Shown: positions 1 to 12,178 of the stretch, in pieces | Numbering within the stretch: position 1 is the first letter of the stretch | Layout: each line of letters opens with the position of its first letter | Assembly: GCA_977017645.1 (NCBI GenBank) | Contig: OZ360222.1 | Coordinates: 133,672,001-133,736,000 of the forward strand | DNA from: Torpedo marmorata | Lineage: Eukaryota | Direction of reading: 5' to 3' | Length of the DNA stretch: 64,000 nt | Position numbers and translations under genes: made by a program | The notes under the pieces: model-generated | The model's database searches: none | The model's input: the letters and a program-made list of their open reading frames with translations, nothing else | What the model was told of the DNA's origin: nothing

Positions 1-247
1 TTGGCAAGTTGATCCTTCATGCACATGATGTTATTCTACTTGATATGATGGTGAAGGTGGTCATTGGCCTCTAATGACTTTGGGAACTTTGTGTAACAGT
101 CTGCCATAGGAGGATGATATGTGGCCCATGTTCCATCATGGCTCCTTGCAGCAATGTCACCTGAGACTTGAAATTTAAAACTGTACTTGGCTAAGAAGTT
201 GTTTTAAATGTGTACATGGTGGTGATTTTTCTTTGTTTTGAACACAG

Positions 248-502
248 GTCCAGGAGACATGATAGAGAAGGCTGTGTATTCTGGGATGATCAATCCCAGC
301 CATCAATGGCAAACGTTAAGACACAATGGTGCTGTGGCTCACTTTGAATACCAGATTAGAGTGGTGTGCGACGAGTACTACTATGGATTTGGATGTAACA
401 AGTTCTGCAGACCAAGGGATGATTTTTTTGGGCACTATACCTGTGATCACAATGGCAACAAGACCTGCCTAGAGGGCTGGATGGGAAGTGATTGCAACAA
501 AG
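248..502 (+). CDS. JAG1: Jagged-1 exon (human exon 4 equivalent): end of C2/MNNL domain and DSL domain
   Basis: acag|GT acceptor and AAG|gttcgt donor; 255 nt; encodes [11 protein letters not shown]...[40 protein letters not shown] (DSL motif). Confidence 0.97.
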
Positions 503-974
503 GTTCGTAGTAGGATTGTTCTCTCATATGATGCAAAGCAATGAGTTGTCCAAAATAATTGACAGTGGAGTTTTGTGTTTGAATTTCCAAGTGCTAGATT
601 TGTATCCAAGATGGTAGCATTGGAAAGAAAATAATCTGTTCTGACATTTTTTTATAAATGCCATAAGAATTTAATGCCAGGAAATGCAGACATTGCAAAC
701 CTCATTTGATAAGCATCCTTCAAACAGTAGAGCAATTGTTGAACTGGTTTGATGTCCAAACATAAAATTGTCAGCAATTAAATAAAATCAGGTCAATACA
801 TTTTTATCTTTGAAAGAGTGATGTTAATATTTTGGTGTTGTATAAGTGATTTTCCAAATGAAAAATTCTAATTGCTATTTTTAGGCACTATACAGTAAAC
901 TGTACTTAGTTTTACATAATGCAGGCAGGATAAACGAATGCTTTTTTATAAGATCCAAAAGCAAAGTTTAGTAG

Positions 975-1170
975 ATGGTGAAAATCTGAAAAAATACAAT
1001 GATTGGAATGCTCAGTTTGTTGGTGACCTATGTGGAAGGAGGCAGAATTGACATGTCGGACCAATGATCTTTCATCAGAACTGATGAAACATTGAGCTGA
1101 AACATTGGTCCGGTTTCTCTCTCCACAGGTGCTGCCTGATTAACTGAATTTTCAGCAATTTTATTCATTT
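975..1170. mobile_element. Palindromic non-autonomous element related to the Penelope-like 3' end, degraded
   Basis: Centre TTTCATCAG-AA-CTGATGAAA (1070-1089); arms CGGACCAATG/CATTGGTCCG; right arm GCTGCCTGATTAACTGAATTTTCAGCA resembles the GACCTGCTGAGTTCTCCAGC tail at about 53277. Confidence 0.6.
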
Positions 1171-1228
1171 TTTTATTAATTAACCAAATATATTGGCTAA
1201 ATAGTAATACTCTGCTGTCCTTTTCCAG

Positions 1229-1289
1229 CTATCTGTCGTCAGGGCTGCAGCCCTGAACATGGTTCCTGTAAAGCACCTGGCAATTGCAG
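1229..1289 (+). CDS. JAG1: Jagged-1 exon 5 (EGF1)
   Basis: ttttccag|CT...TGCAG|gtaagc; 61 nt; [19 protein letters not shown]. Confidence 0.96.
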
Positions 1290-1434
1290 GTAAGCACGTA
1301 GGTCCTCCTGAACATGCGAGTAAATGGGCATAATCAGTAACACTGAAAAAAATCCAAAGCTGTGCTATGAAAGTACACACCAGGATAAGTGGGTGCGTGT
1401 ACAACGTATGGAAATAGTTCACTATTTTTAATTT

Positions 1435-1690
1435 AATTCAGAGATGCATTGTGGTAACAGGCTATTCCAGCCAGTGAGCCCGTGCCACCTAATTACATCC
1501 ATGTGACCAGTTAACCTACTAACCTCGAATGTCTTTGGAACATGGGAGAAAATCAGAGCACCCAGAGGAAACCCACGCGGCCACGGGGAGAATGTACAAA
1601 CTCCTTGCAGACAATGCTGGATTCAAACCCAGGTTGCTGGCGCTGTAAAAGCACTACGCTAACCATGCTGCTTTATGCTAGCTATGTCGC
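1435..1690 (-). mobile_element. tRNA-derived V-SINE (HE1-like)
   Basis: GGATTCAAACCC (B box on - strand); V-domain-like GAGGAAACCCACGCGGCCACGGGGAGAATGTACAAACTCC; similar to the copy at 58425-58668. Confidence 0.8.
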
Positions 1691-3004
1691 CCTCTTGGTT
1701 ATGAACCAAGGGATTCTGCAGCATTTAGGACCAATCAATTTAAATTATTTTTAAACACTTTTTTAAAAAAGCAACTGCATGTTAAATGGTCATTTAAGAT
1801 GGGTTTTATGTGCTGCGTCATTCGGGAGAGGTGGCAAATGCAGGAAAAATGAGTTTAAAAGATCTTGCTCTTCGTGTTGGGAGCTGTAATTCTGGGTTGT
1901 GCCATGACTTTTAAACTGACGCTTGTATTTGACATGGTATTAGTCACCAGTTGCTCGGAAATCATAAGTTAAAGTTGGTTCCACCACTGTCCCCACCCCC
2001 ACTTCTAATGCTGTTCCTTTCTCTTTCCCACCCTCCTGTTGCCCCTCCCCATCCAGTGCAGGGAGAACAAATGCATGAGCAGAGGCATAGCATTCTTTAA
2101 AACGGGATTATCTTTGCTTCTCCCGACACTTGAGTGTTGAGAGGTTAATGGCTGCATGGCATCTTATTGGGAACTACTGATGAATGCAATGATTTGAATG
2201 CTATTTCTTGATGCTGTTGTGACTAGTTATCGTAGGCCAAATTGACGGTAGATTTGTGGATGAAGTTGAAGTGTAGAAATGTGATCTTTAAAAGATTCAA
2301 TTTGGTGGAAGTATACTGCCGTGTTAACAGTCAAGGGAACTAGAGAGGAGGAAAGCTGCTCTTGGTGGGGGAGGGGTGAAGGAAGGAACAGGATGGAAAT
2401 GTAATTTACCATTTTAAAAAAACACACAAAACAAACTATGGTTTTCCAAATTACAATATCCAGTTCTGGCTTTAATTTTTCTTTTGCTTTGTAAAGAGAC
2501 ACAATATTAAGAATTAACCGGTCTCTATCCATGTGAAAGTTAAGCTATTGTGTGGACAAGAACCTGATTAACGTGACAGTTTTGAGCCTAAATTAAATCC
2601 TTGAAATTAGCTTTTTTTTCTGCTACTTATTGCAGTTGGGCTCAAATCAGAGTTGTTGATGAAAGTGACGGGAGTAAATGTTGAGATGTATATGAGGAAA
2701 AGCTGACAGATTTGTGCTGCTGTCATCAGAATAAACATGTTTAGTAGGGGTTGCTGAAGCCATACAAGTACATCAAACATTGTTTCTAGGTTCCAAGCTG
2801 CCTTAACCAGCTCAACTCCCACTCGTCTGGACATGCACTGGCGATTATTTATTTAAGGTGCAACTTTCCCACAGTTAATTTGCATGGCTGTGCGTTTATT
2901 CCACAGTTGGCTGGCTTATCTGTGAGTTGGGAGAAGTGAAGACCTTTTGGAGAAACCTCAGCCTCTCCTTCAATAATTTTTGGATTACAGATGCCTGCAA
3001 TACT

Positions 3005-3308
3005 TCAGAATCAGAATTTATTGTCATGAACAAGTCATGAAATTCGGTGTTTTGCGGCAGCATCACAGTGCAAACATTCATATTATAACCATCTTACAAC
3101 ATTACTATAAAAAAATTAAAATAATAGTGCACGAAAAGTAAGGCAGTGTCTTTGGTTCATTGATTATTCAGGAATCTGATGGCAGCTGGGAAGAAGCTGT
3201 CCTTGTGCCGTTGAGTGCTCGTCTTTAGGCTCCTGTACCTTTTTCCCGATGGTAGCAGAGTGAAGAGGGCATGGCCTGGGTGGTGGGGGTCCTTGAGGAT
3301 GGAGGCTG
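3005..3308 (-). mobile_element. Rex1-Babar LINE, short 3' fragment
   Basis: Near-identical to 4923-5230, including the (ATTCTG)n tail and the DPHHPGHALFT-coding end. Confidence 0.85.
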
Positions 3309-4922
3309 TCCTGAAATGTGTCTTTTGGTACATTTGATTTTGCAGCAGTGTTCTAATACTAATCTAGTTGAATGTTTGAAAGGTTTGCAAAGTTGACTTT
3401 CTGATTCTATTTTGATAATCATTGGTGAAGACAATTAATTTAAAAAATGGTTAGTTCGCGCTTGAGCAATTTAGTGTCTGCTGAGTTAACTACAGCTTGG
3501 ACTCTGCTGGGTAGGCTTAGATTGCTCATCTGTGCAAATTAATCGAAACAGAATTTCCCATGAGAAAACTATTGAAGTGTGTGTGTGATATATGGGGGAA
3601 AAAGACGGACAATCCTTCGTACTATGGATGGTTTTGGATTTATTTCTAAATGTGATTATTTCCCTTTCCAGTTGATATTTTCCATGACTTTAATTTGTTG
3701 AGATTTTAAAGTAGCTTCTGAATTGCATAGGTTAACTTAAAGCAATAGCTATATCTAGCAGCCCCCCACTTGAAGTTGAAGCAATTATTCTGAGATTTTA
3801 CCAGGTATTAATCTTCTGTTGGAGCTATTCGAGTTATCCAAAATGAAGTTCCAAGAAAAATATTTTGATTACCGTAATTTACAAAATGGATAAAGTTAAT
3901 TTTGGAATTGTAAAGATTTATAATAGTTCACAGGCACAGTTTGCACACTTGATTTTGTGTTTGCAGAAGTTTGCTACTGATAATTAATGGGTTTTTTTCT
4001 AATTAATGAGCAGTTTGGAATTTCAGAATGTTAAAATTGACTTGCATAGAAACATTTTTAGAATTTACTATCTTGGTTTGGGTGTGCTCACAAGACTTGG
4101 TTCCTGAATCCAAGACGATTCATGCATCTCTTGCAGTTTTCTTTGCATTAGTTTATAAAGCTGGACAGAAGTCCACCTGGAAGTCTGATACTGTGGTAAC
4201 TTAAAAGTTATTCATTTGTTTCCCACATTTCCCATCCCACATTTCCCATCAATATTGTTAAAGTTAACTTTGTATCTAGATGTCTTGCTGTAGTTGCACT
4301 AAGTTCAGTTTTGCAGCTACTTAAAATATTTTGCCCCTTCCCCAAAATCCCCGTTACACTGAGAGAAGAATACGGAGGAAAGAAATGTATGGGAACATAG
4401 AGCAGTGCAATGAAAGAAACTACCAAAATAACAGGCTGATCATTTAACCTTTGCTACTGGACAGATCAGAGATGGAATTAAATTGCTTTTCAGCAGTCAT
4501 TTTCAGCGTCACAAGAAGTGCCCGAGCACTTTGTATCTTTCTGAGCAATGAGCAACATTCTGCATGCCAATAAGAGATTTTGCGTTTCAACCAGCCTGCC
4601 AGTTCAATATGTGCTTTTAAATGAATATTAAGATGGCGGGTCAAATGATGTCAGCCCGTTATTCAGTCGGTCTTGTGATTCAGGGTAGAAACCAAATGTG
4701 ATGCTGCCTGAGGAAGGATTTGACTTGCACCCTTTCTGACTCAGTTGTGCTAGGTCTGAAAATAAGATGATATTGTACTTGGTGAATCCTGCTGTGTCCC
4801 TCCGAACAGTTACTCTCTTGTGTGAAAGTTGGCTTCAAACTTTGGAAAGTCTGCCTTAATGTTTATTTATAAGTAACAAGAGCATCAATACACAAAGCAA
4901 AAAGGAATACCTTTCTAGAAAC

Positions 4923-5812
4923 TCAGAATCAGAATTTATTGTCATGAACAAGTCATGAAATTCGGTGTTTTGCAGTAGCATCATAGTGCAAACATTCATA
5001 TTATAACTATCTTACGACATTACTACAAAAAAAAGTATAAATAATAGTGCATGAAAAGTGAGGCAGTGTCTTTGGTTCATTGATTATTCAGGAATCTGAT
5101 GGAAGCGGGGAAGAAGCTGTCCTTGTGCTGTTGAGTGCTCGACTTTAGGCTCCTGTACCTTTTTCCCGATGGTAGCCGAGTGAAGAGGGCATGGCCTGGG
5201 TGGTGGGGGTCTTTGAGGATAGAGGCTGCTTTTTTAAGGCAACGCCTCGTGTAGATGTCCTCGATAGAGTGAAGTCTGGTGCCTGTGATGTCACAGGCCG
5301 AGTTAACAACCCTCTGGTGTTTATTCTTGTCGTGAGAGTTGGTGCCCCCATACCAGGCAGTGATGCAACCAGCCAGAATGCTCTCCACGGTACACCTGTA
5401 GAAGTTTACGAGAGTCTTCGGTGACATACCAAATCTCCTCAGACCCCTCACAAAGTATAGCCGCTGACGAGCCTTTGTGATTGCATCAATGTGGAGGCTC
5501 CAGGACAGATCCTCGGAGATGTTGACACCCAGGAATTTGAAGTTCTTGACCCACTCCACTAATGATCCCTCGATGAGGACTGGGTCGTGTTCCCCTGACT
5601 TCCTCCTGAAGCCAACAATAATTTCCTTGGTTTTGCTGACGTTGAGCTCAAGGTTGTTGTCGTTACACCATTCAACGAGCTGATCTATCTCCCTCCTGTA
5701 CACTTCCTCATTGCCGTTTGTGATTCTGCCGACAACTGTGGTGTCATTGGCAAACTTGTAGATGGCATTGGAATTGTGCCTTGCCACACAGTCATGGGTG
5801 TATAACGAGTAG
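4923..5812 (-). mobile_element. Rex1-Babar LINE, 5'-truncated (RT C-terminus)
   Basis: ORF 5077-5787: KFANDTTVVG (FADD mutated to FAND), LELNVSKTKE, FKFLGVNI, KARQRLYF, FYRCTVESIL, DSFFP; tail GACAATAAATTCTGATTCTGA. Confidence 0.9.
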
Positions 5813-5823
5813 ACATTCTTTAG

Positions 5824-6099
<276 letters not shown>

Positions 6100-6403
6100 T
6101 AAACACTCTCATAAAACTTGAAAGGTGACTGATTTGCTTTGCATGCAACAATAATTTTTGGGACATAAGATTTTACTTTGCCAATAGCGTAATAGTATTT
6201 GTAGAGTTAATTACCAGAGAGTAGTTTATAAACACGATCCAAGAGCAGCACAAAAGCAGTTAGTAAATGGCTGAAAATTAGGTTAACACTTTGGGTTCTG
6301 ATGACTCCATGACTCAAGCTGATCTTTTCTGGCTAATTGAAGTTTTTTTTCAAACTTGTTGGGCATTTAACCAGATGCATTTTCATCTGCATTGCACTTC
6401 CAG

Positions 6404-6523
6404 ATTTGAACTACTGCGGGACGCGCCAGCCTTGCTTGAATGGTGGCACCTGCAGCAACACTGGGCCTGACAAGTACCAATGCACTTGTCCCGATGGCTA
6501 TTCCGGCCAAAACTGTGAAATAG
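6404..6523 (+). CDS. JAG1: Jagged-1 exon 7 (EGF3)
   Basis: ttccag|AT...ATAG|gtgagc; 120 nt; [39 protein letters not shown]. Confidence 0.97.
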
Positions 6524-6639
6524 GTGAGCTCTACGACGGGCACTCGGTGATGGCAAAACCCTGTTGGTTCCATTTTCTTGTTTATCTCCGGGTCCAAGAA
6601 TTCTTCATTTTGGTCCTCCGAGCTAATTTAAACAATGGA

Positions 6640-6991
6640 CAGATATCAAGATGAAGAGTAAGAAGGGACATGATTAAGGTATATACAATTGTAATGGGTG
6701 TAGATGGGACAATCTGCATGAAGCTTTACCCCATATGAGAGGCAGATAAAGCAAGAGGAGACCGGGTTTATGGTGAGTAGAAAGAGATTTGGATATTAGG
6801 GGGACCTTCACCCAGAGTATAAATATCTGGAATGGACTGGTGGAGAGTCGTTGAAACTGGGTCGCTGTCAGCATTTAAGGAGGAGCACTTGCCTAGGCAT
6901 AGAAGGCCATGGGTTAAGAGCTACAAGATGGGATTAATACAGAAGCATGCTAACTAGTTAGTATGGATGTTGGGCTGAATGGCCTGTTTTT
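6640..6991 (+). mobile_element. Degraded CR1 3' end; its terminal motif is split by an L1 and resumes at about 9010-9030
   Basis: CR1-type text (ATCTGGAATGGACTG, CATTTAAGGAGG) ending GGGCTGAATGGCCTGTTT...GTGCTGTATGATT. Confidence 0.7.
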
Positions 6992-8993
6992 TTGTTTTTT
7001 TATTATTTTAAAAATTTTAAATCACAAAATACATAAAATAAAATATGAAATTATCAAATACTTGTGATACATTTTCACCCTCCCAACCCCACTAATCTAA
7101 TAAAATAATTTAAAAAAAGAGAAGAAAGCGAAAAGGATAAGGTAAGGAGAATGTCAATCTAATAAATACATCTGTAAACTAATTCTATTATGGAGGTTAG
7201 GTAGCCAGTAGATCCATTGTCCAGAGATCTTCAAATCCTTAAGCCAACAGCTTTCATATAGGGCTCCATATTTTTAAAAAGAAATGATATTTATTCCGTA
7301 AGTTATAAGTAATTTTTTCAAGTGGTATACACGAACGAAGTTCTGCATGCCATCTTTCTAACCCTAAATCTACATCAGATTTCCAAGTAATAGCAATACA
7401 TTTCTTTGAAACAGCTAAAGCAATTCGCAGAAATTCTATTTGATACATATTTAATTTCATCTTACTACTAAATTTTCTAATATCTCCAAACAAAAATATC
7501 ATAGGATCCATTGGAAATGTAATCTTAAATACTTTATCTAAAATTTTTTTAACTTTCAACCAGAAATCATAAACTTTTAGACAAAACCATGTAGAATGTA
7601 CAAAAGAACCTTCCTCTTTATTACATCTAAAACATAAACCTGATAATGTCAGATTAAATTTCTTTAGTCTTTTAGGTGTTAAATATAATTGATGAAAAAA
7701 ATTGTATTGTACTAATCTATATCTAACATTAATAATTTTCGTCATACTTACTTTACATAATTCTTTCCAATGATTTTCATCTATTGTTACATTCAAATCT
7801 AATTCCCATTTTAATCTTGATTTATGAATTCTTACTTTAGGAATTTTCCTCTGAAACAATTTATACATTTGAGAAATAAATTTATTTACATCTCCTTTAG
7901 TAACTAATAATTCTAATTCATTCTGTCTTGGTAAAATCAAAGCATAACCTAATTTCTCAATCAGAAAAGCTCTAATTTGATAATAAGCAAAAAGTGTATT
8001 ATCTAATATATTAAATTTATCTTTCATTCTTTGAAAAGTAATACATTTCCCAGCTTCAAAACAATCATTTATTTTCTTAATTCCTTTTTAAATATTTTTT
8101 TAAAATTTTAAATCACAAAATACATAAAATATACAGTTATGAAATTATTTGTGATACATTTTCACCCTCCCAACCCCACTAATCTAATAAAAATATAAAA
8201 TAAAAATAGAAAAAGAAGAAAGAGAAAAATAGAGTTAGGGGAATGCCAATCTATAAACTACTTCTATTATGGAGGTCAAGTATGCCAGTAGACCCAATAC
8301 CCAGAGATCCTCAAATTCTTAAGCCAACAGCTCTCATATATGGGCTTCTTAATTCCTTTTTGAAACCAAATTTTAAATAATTAATTATTAATAGTAAATG
8401 GAATAAGTCCATTTTGATATAAAGGCATCCTTGAAGAAATCAATCCTTTTCCTCCTATTTCCTTATCCGTCTTATTCCATATTTCTAACAAATGTTTAAG
8501 AATAGGAGAATTTTTCTTTCTTGTTGATATTAATTTAGAATCCCATTTATAAATACCGGTAACTTCTTCTTTGGAATCTTCTCCTATATTTAGTTCTATT
8601 TTAATCCAAGCAGAAGATTTAGTTGAATCAAAAAATTCATTAACAAATTTTAATTGAGCTGCTTTATAATAATTTTGGAAATTAGGAAGTTGTAAACCAC
8701 CCATTTCATAATTCCAAGTTAATTTTTCCATACCTACTCTTGCTAACTTTCCTTTCCATAAAATTTTCTAATAATTGAATTTAAATCTTTGAAAAATTTT
8801 TGAGGAATTTCATAAGGAATTGATTGAAAAAGATATTGAATTCTTGGCAAAACATTCATTTTAATACAATTTACTCTTCCCATTAAAGTTATAGGTAAAT
8901 CTTTCCAATTTTCTAAATCCTTTTTTATTTTCACAAATAATGGTAAATAGTTTAATTTATATAAATTAGCCAATTTTGTGTCAATCCTTATTC
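6992..8993 (-). mobile_element. L1-clade LINE, 5'-truncated, with 17-bp TSD
   Basis: ORF pieces GRVNCIKMNVLPR, GGLQLPNF, CFRC-x7-H-x4-C; poly(T) at left; TSD CTGAATGGCCTGTTTTT at 6975-6991 and 8994-9010. Confidence 0.93.
8090..8345 (-). mobile_element. Short 3' end of the same L1 family nested in the previous element
   Basis: Repeats the 3'UTR seen at about 7005-7265; TSD TTCTTAATTCCTTTTT at 8074-8089 and 8346-8361. Confidence 0.9.
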
Positions 8994-9394
8994 CTGAATG
9001 GCCTGTTTTTGTGCTGTATGATTACTTTCTATAAGGAAATATGACACTGGGGCATGTGAATCACAATGGTTGCAGTACAAAGGACATTCAATCCCTTGAG
9101 CATATGCCAGCTGTGAAGCTGCAGTTGGACTGGTGCATGCATCCCCAGAGCCCTGCAGAGTTTCACCTTCAAGTAGCTTAAGCTGTTCAGTTTTGAATGC
9201 AATAGAATCTGCCCCCATACTCTCCCAGACCCTTCATTCTGGGTCCTAACTGCTTCAAGCTTCAACTATAACATTAGTTTTTCTGCCAGTCACTTTCATT
9301 TTCTCCACCATTATATTCAGCTTCTGTATGCTCTACCTTGTCACTTCTACATTTTACATGCCTCTGTTACATCCCTTAACATCTCCAGTTGTGC

Positions 9395-9565
9395 CAAACT
9401 ATTATTCTGCCTAATCCCATTGACCTGGCACCCAGACCATACCCCTCCATGTAGCTATCCAATTTTTTCTTAAATGTTGAAATGGAGCCTGCGTTCATCA
9501 CTTCAGCTGGCAGCTTGTTCCACACTCTCGCCACTATCTGCGTGAAGAAATTCCCCCAATGTCCA
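9395..9565 (-). mobile_element. CR1 3' fragment
   Basis: Translates to FFTQIVARVWNKLPAEVMNAGSISTFKKKLD (CR1 ORF2 C-terminus). Confidence 0.8.
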
Positions 9566-9794
9566 TTGAGCACAGTCCAGAAAAGATTGGGTTTAAGGTC
9601 GTAAAAGCAGGAGAAAGAAGCATTGACCCTCTGCCTGGTGTACCACTGGGTAAAGTTGCTGATCTTTAATTTCACCGCCACTTTCTTGTACTAACCCCAT
9701 ATCTCTTAATAGCTCGACATCCATCGGTCTGATTTAAGTTGTTGCCTGTAGTGAGAGACTTATTTGTAACTGGGGTCACAGTTGTATTTAAGTG

Positions 9795-9980
9795 AGCATG
9801 CCAGTACAATTTTGCCTCACTGCTCCAACAACCCAGGTTCAATTCTGACCTCTGACGTTGTCTGTGGAGAGTTTTCATGTTCTGCCTGTTACTGAGTTGG
9901 GTTCCTCCCCACCCCAAAAATATTCGGGTTGGTTAATTGGCCACAGTAAGTTGTGTAGATGAGAGGCAGAATTTAGGGTG
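9795..9980 (+). mobile_element. Degraded V-SINE
   Basis: CCCAGGTTCAATTCTGACC B box followed by TGTCTGTGGAGAGTTTTCATGTTCT. Confidence 0.6.
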
Positions 9981-9984
9981 GGGG

Positions 9985-10355
9985 AAATTGGTGCTGGAGA
10001 AACTTGGCAGGTCACACAGCATTCATAGGAAGTAAAAGGAAGTGGATGTTTTGGGCCTGAGCCGTTTGTCAGGAAACTGGACAAACAGATGCCTGAATAA
10101 AAAAAAATAGGGGAGCACAGGCTAACGGGTAATAGGTGGATACAGGTGGGTAGAAGAGAAAGCAGCTGAGAAGTGATAAGGGCAGAGGATAGAGGGCTAA
10201 GCAGGATCGCTCTCTGATGGAAGGGGGTGGGGAGCTGAAGGAAAGGAGACGAGCAATAGAGAAAGAGAGACTCTGGGGAGAGGGGTTAACAGAAATTGGA
10301 GAAGTCGATGTTGATGCCGTCTGGTTGGAAACTGCCCAGACAGAATATAAGGTGA
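9985..10355 (-). mobile_element. Penelope-like element 3' end, degraded
   Basis: Similar to 52955-53310: ORF end QPDGINIDFS on - strand, purine-rich tract, GCTGGAGAAACTTGGCAGGTCA. Confidence 0.75.
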
Positions 10356-11743
10356 TGTACAAATTAACTAGTGATGCCTCCTGCAGTTGTTTAACCCACC
10401 AACGCAGTTCAGTCTACTGGAGGCTGGCTGTGAAACCATAATCCAAGGAAGGAATCGTTGCATTTGTGAGGGTGGGGATAGATGATGACTGTGAGATAGA
10501 GGTTCTTCACCTCCCTCAATGATCTGCACAAGACAAATTCAAGGAAACAAATTTTATTAAACAGGTCTGCACAGCTGGGTGCCTTCCCGAAGAAAGGAAC
10601 CCCGAAGCATTCAAGACACGACTTTTTATGCATTTTCAGCACACATTCAAATCCCTCCCTCACAGGCTTGTCAGCCTTCGAGGTTCACAGTCTAAGTGAT
10701 TTAGTACTTTTCCATTCCATATAAGGTGTTGTTTATCGCTAAAAGGTGTTGTTTATCGCTACTGACTCCTCTGCCCTTTGTCCCATAGTTGCAGCCCCCA
10801 GGCCATGTCAGCTTTATTAATCCATCATTTGGTTGATCATTACCCTCAGGCTGTCGACTACCGAGACAAGCAGTTGCAAAACATGATATCTGCGATTAAA
10901 TCTTCTTGTCCCTACCCTGCTAATTTGATTAAGCAGCTTTCTGGTCACGTGCGCTCAACAGCACTTTAACTCTTCTGTGTTAGAGGTCTATATGCACATC
11001 TTAACTCAACAGCCCCTCTTACAATGACCATTGCATCAAGAAGTTTTCCATGTATTTTTTTTTCTTTTTGACAATGTTTAAGGTACAGAAAAGGCCAGAC
11101 TTGCAAGGAAAATAATTAATCCTTGCTTTGAATTTGTGTTCCATGTGCAAGACTGCATGCTCCAGAGTACCTACGCCTACCTTTCTCGGAAAGTGCTTAA
11201 ACAAATCGTGCGAAAGGAGACTGGCCTATCCAGTGCATTTGTTTGTTATCTACGATCAGCTTTTTAAGACCTACAGTTTCACATTTTCTTACTGATTCAT
11301 TTGTCGACATGGCAAATTCTTGGAGATCAAATCTTTAGCCTCTTATGGTTATTCGGCTTCTCAGAAATTAAATGTCTTGTGGCATTTCACCAAGCTAGAG
11401 TACAAAGATGAAACCATTCTACAAAGGCAGTTGCACTGTTTGATGTATTTGTTTCCTTAAAGAATTTTTCAAAAATTGACCGGTTAGTTTGGGATTGAAG
11501 GAAAATGCAAGTACCTAGCACTATCTTTGTTCTAACGTAAGTCAGCAGCACTTGGTACAATGATCAGACAGGATTAGCATAAATTATTTTAAATCATGGG
11601 AGTGTTGATGAGATTGTCGGATATCCAACAAAAAATGCTGTCTGTTTACAAGCCCAAACTGTGAAAGAAGAGGGTGTTACGTTTGGAATATGATCGAATT
11701 GTCCATTTGTAATGAATTAAAAAGCATTTTTTATGCACTTTAG

Positions 11744-11857
11744 CTGAGCACGCCTGCATCTCTGACCCCTGCCATCATGGCGGAACTTGTTCAGAAATCA
11801 CATTGGGATTTGAGTGCCTGTGTATCCCAGGGTGGAGTGGCCCCACTTGTACTATAG
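11744..11857 (+). CDS. JAG1: Jagged-1 exon 8 (EGF4)
   Basis: ctttag|CT...ATAG|gtgagt; 114 nt; [37 protein letters not shown]. Confidence 0.96.
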   Translation: MSTPASLTPAIMAELVQKSHWDLSACVSQGGVAPLVL

Positions 11858-12064
11858 GTGAGTATCCTGATGTTTCTTGCATTAATAGATGCAAAAAGGG
11901 AATGAGAGGGGCAAATCCTTTCATTACGTTTTAATTGAGTGTGAATATTTGTGCTAATGTCAGATGAGTAAGCTAAGTGTTTGGGTGTCCAAAGACGTGC
12001 ATCAAACTTCAGTGTGATTATAAAATTTTCTTTGCCTTTCTCTCATTTTCTTTTGTTTGTACAG

Positions 12065-12178
12065 ATATTGATGACTGTGCTTCAAACCCCTGTGCCCACG
12101 GTGGCACGTGCCAAGATAGGATAGATGGCTTCAAATGTGTCTGCCCACAACAGTGGACTGGCAAAACCTGTCAGCTAG
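12065..12178 (+). CDS. JAG1: Jagged-1 exon 9 (EGF5)
   Basis: tacag|AT...CTAG|gtaatt; 114 nt; [37 protein letters not shown]. Confidence 0.97.
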
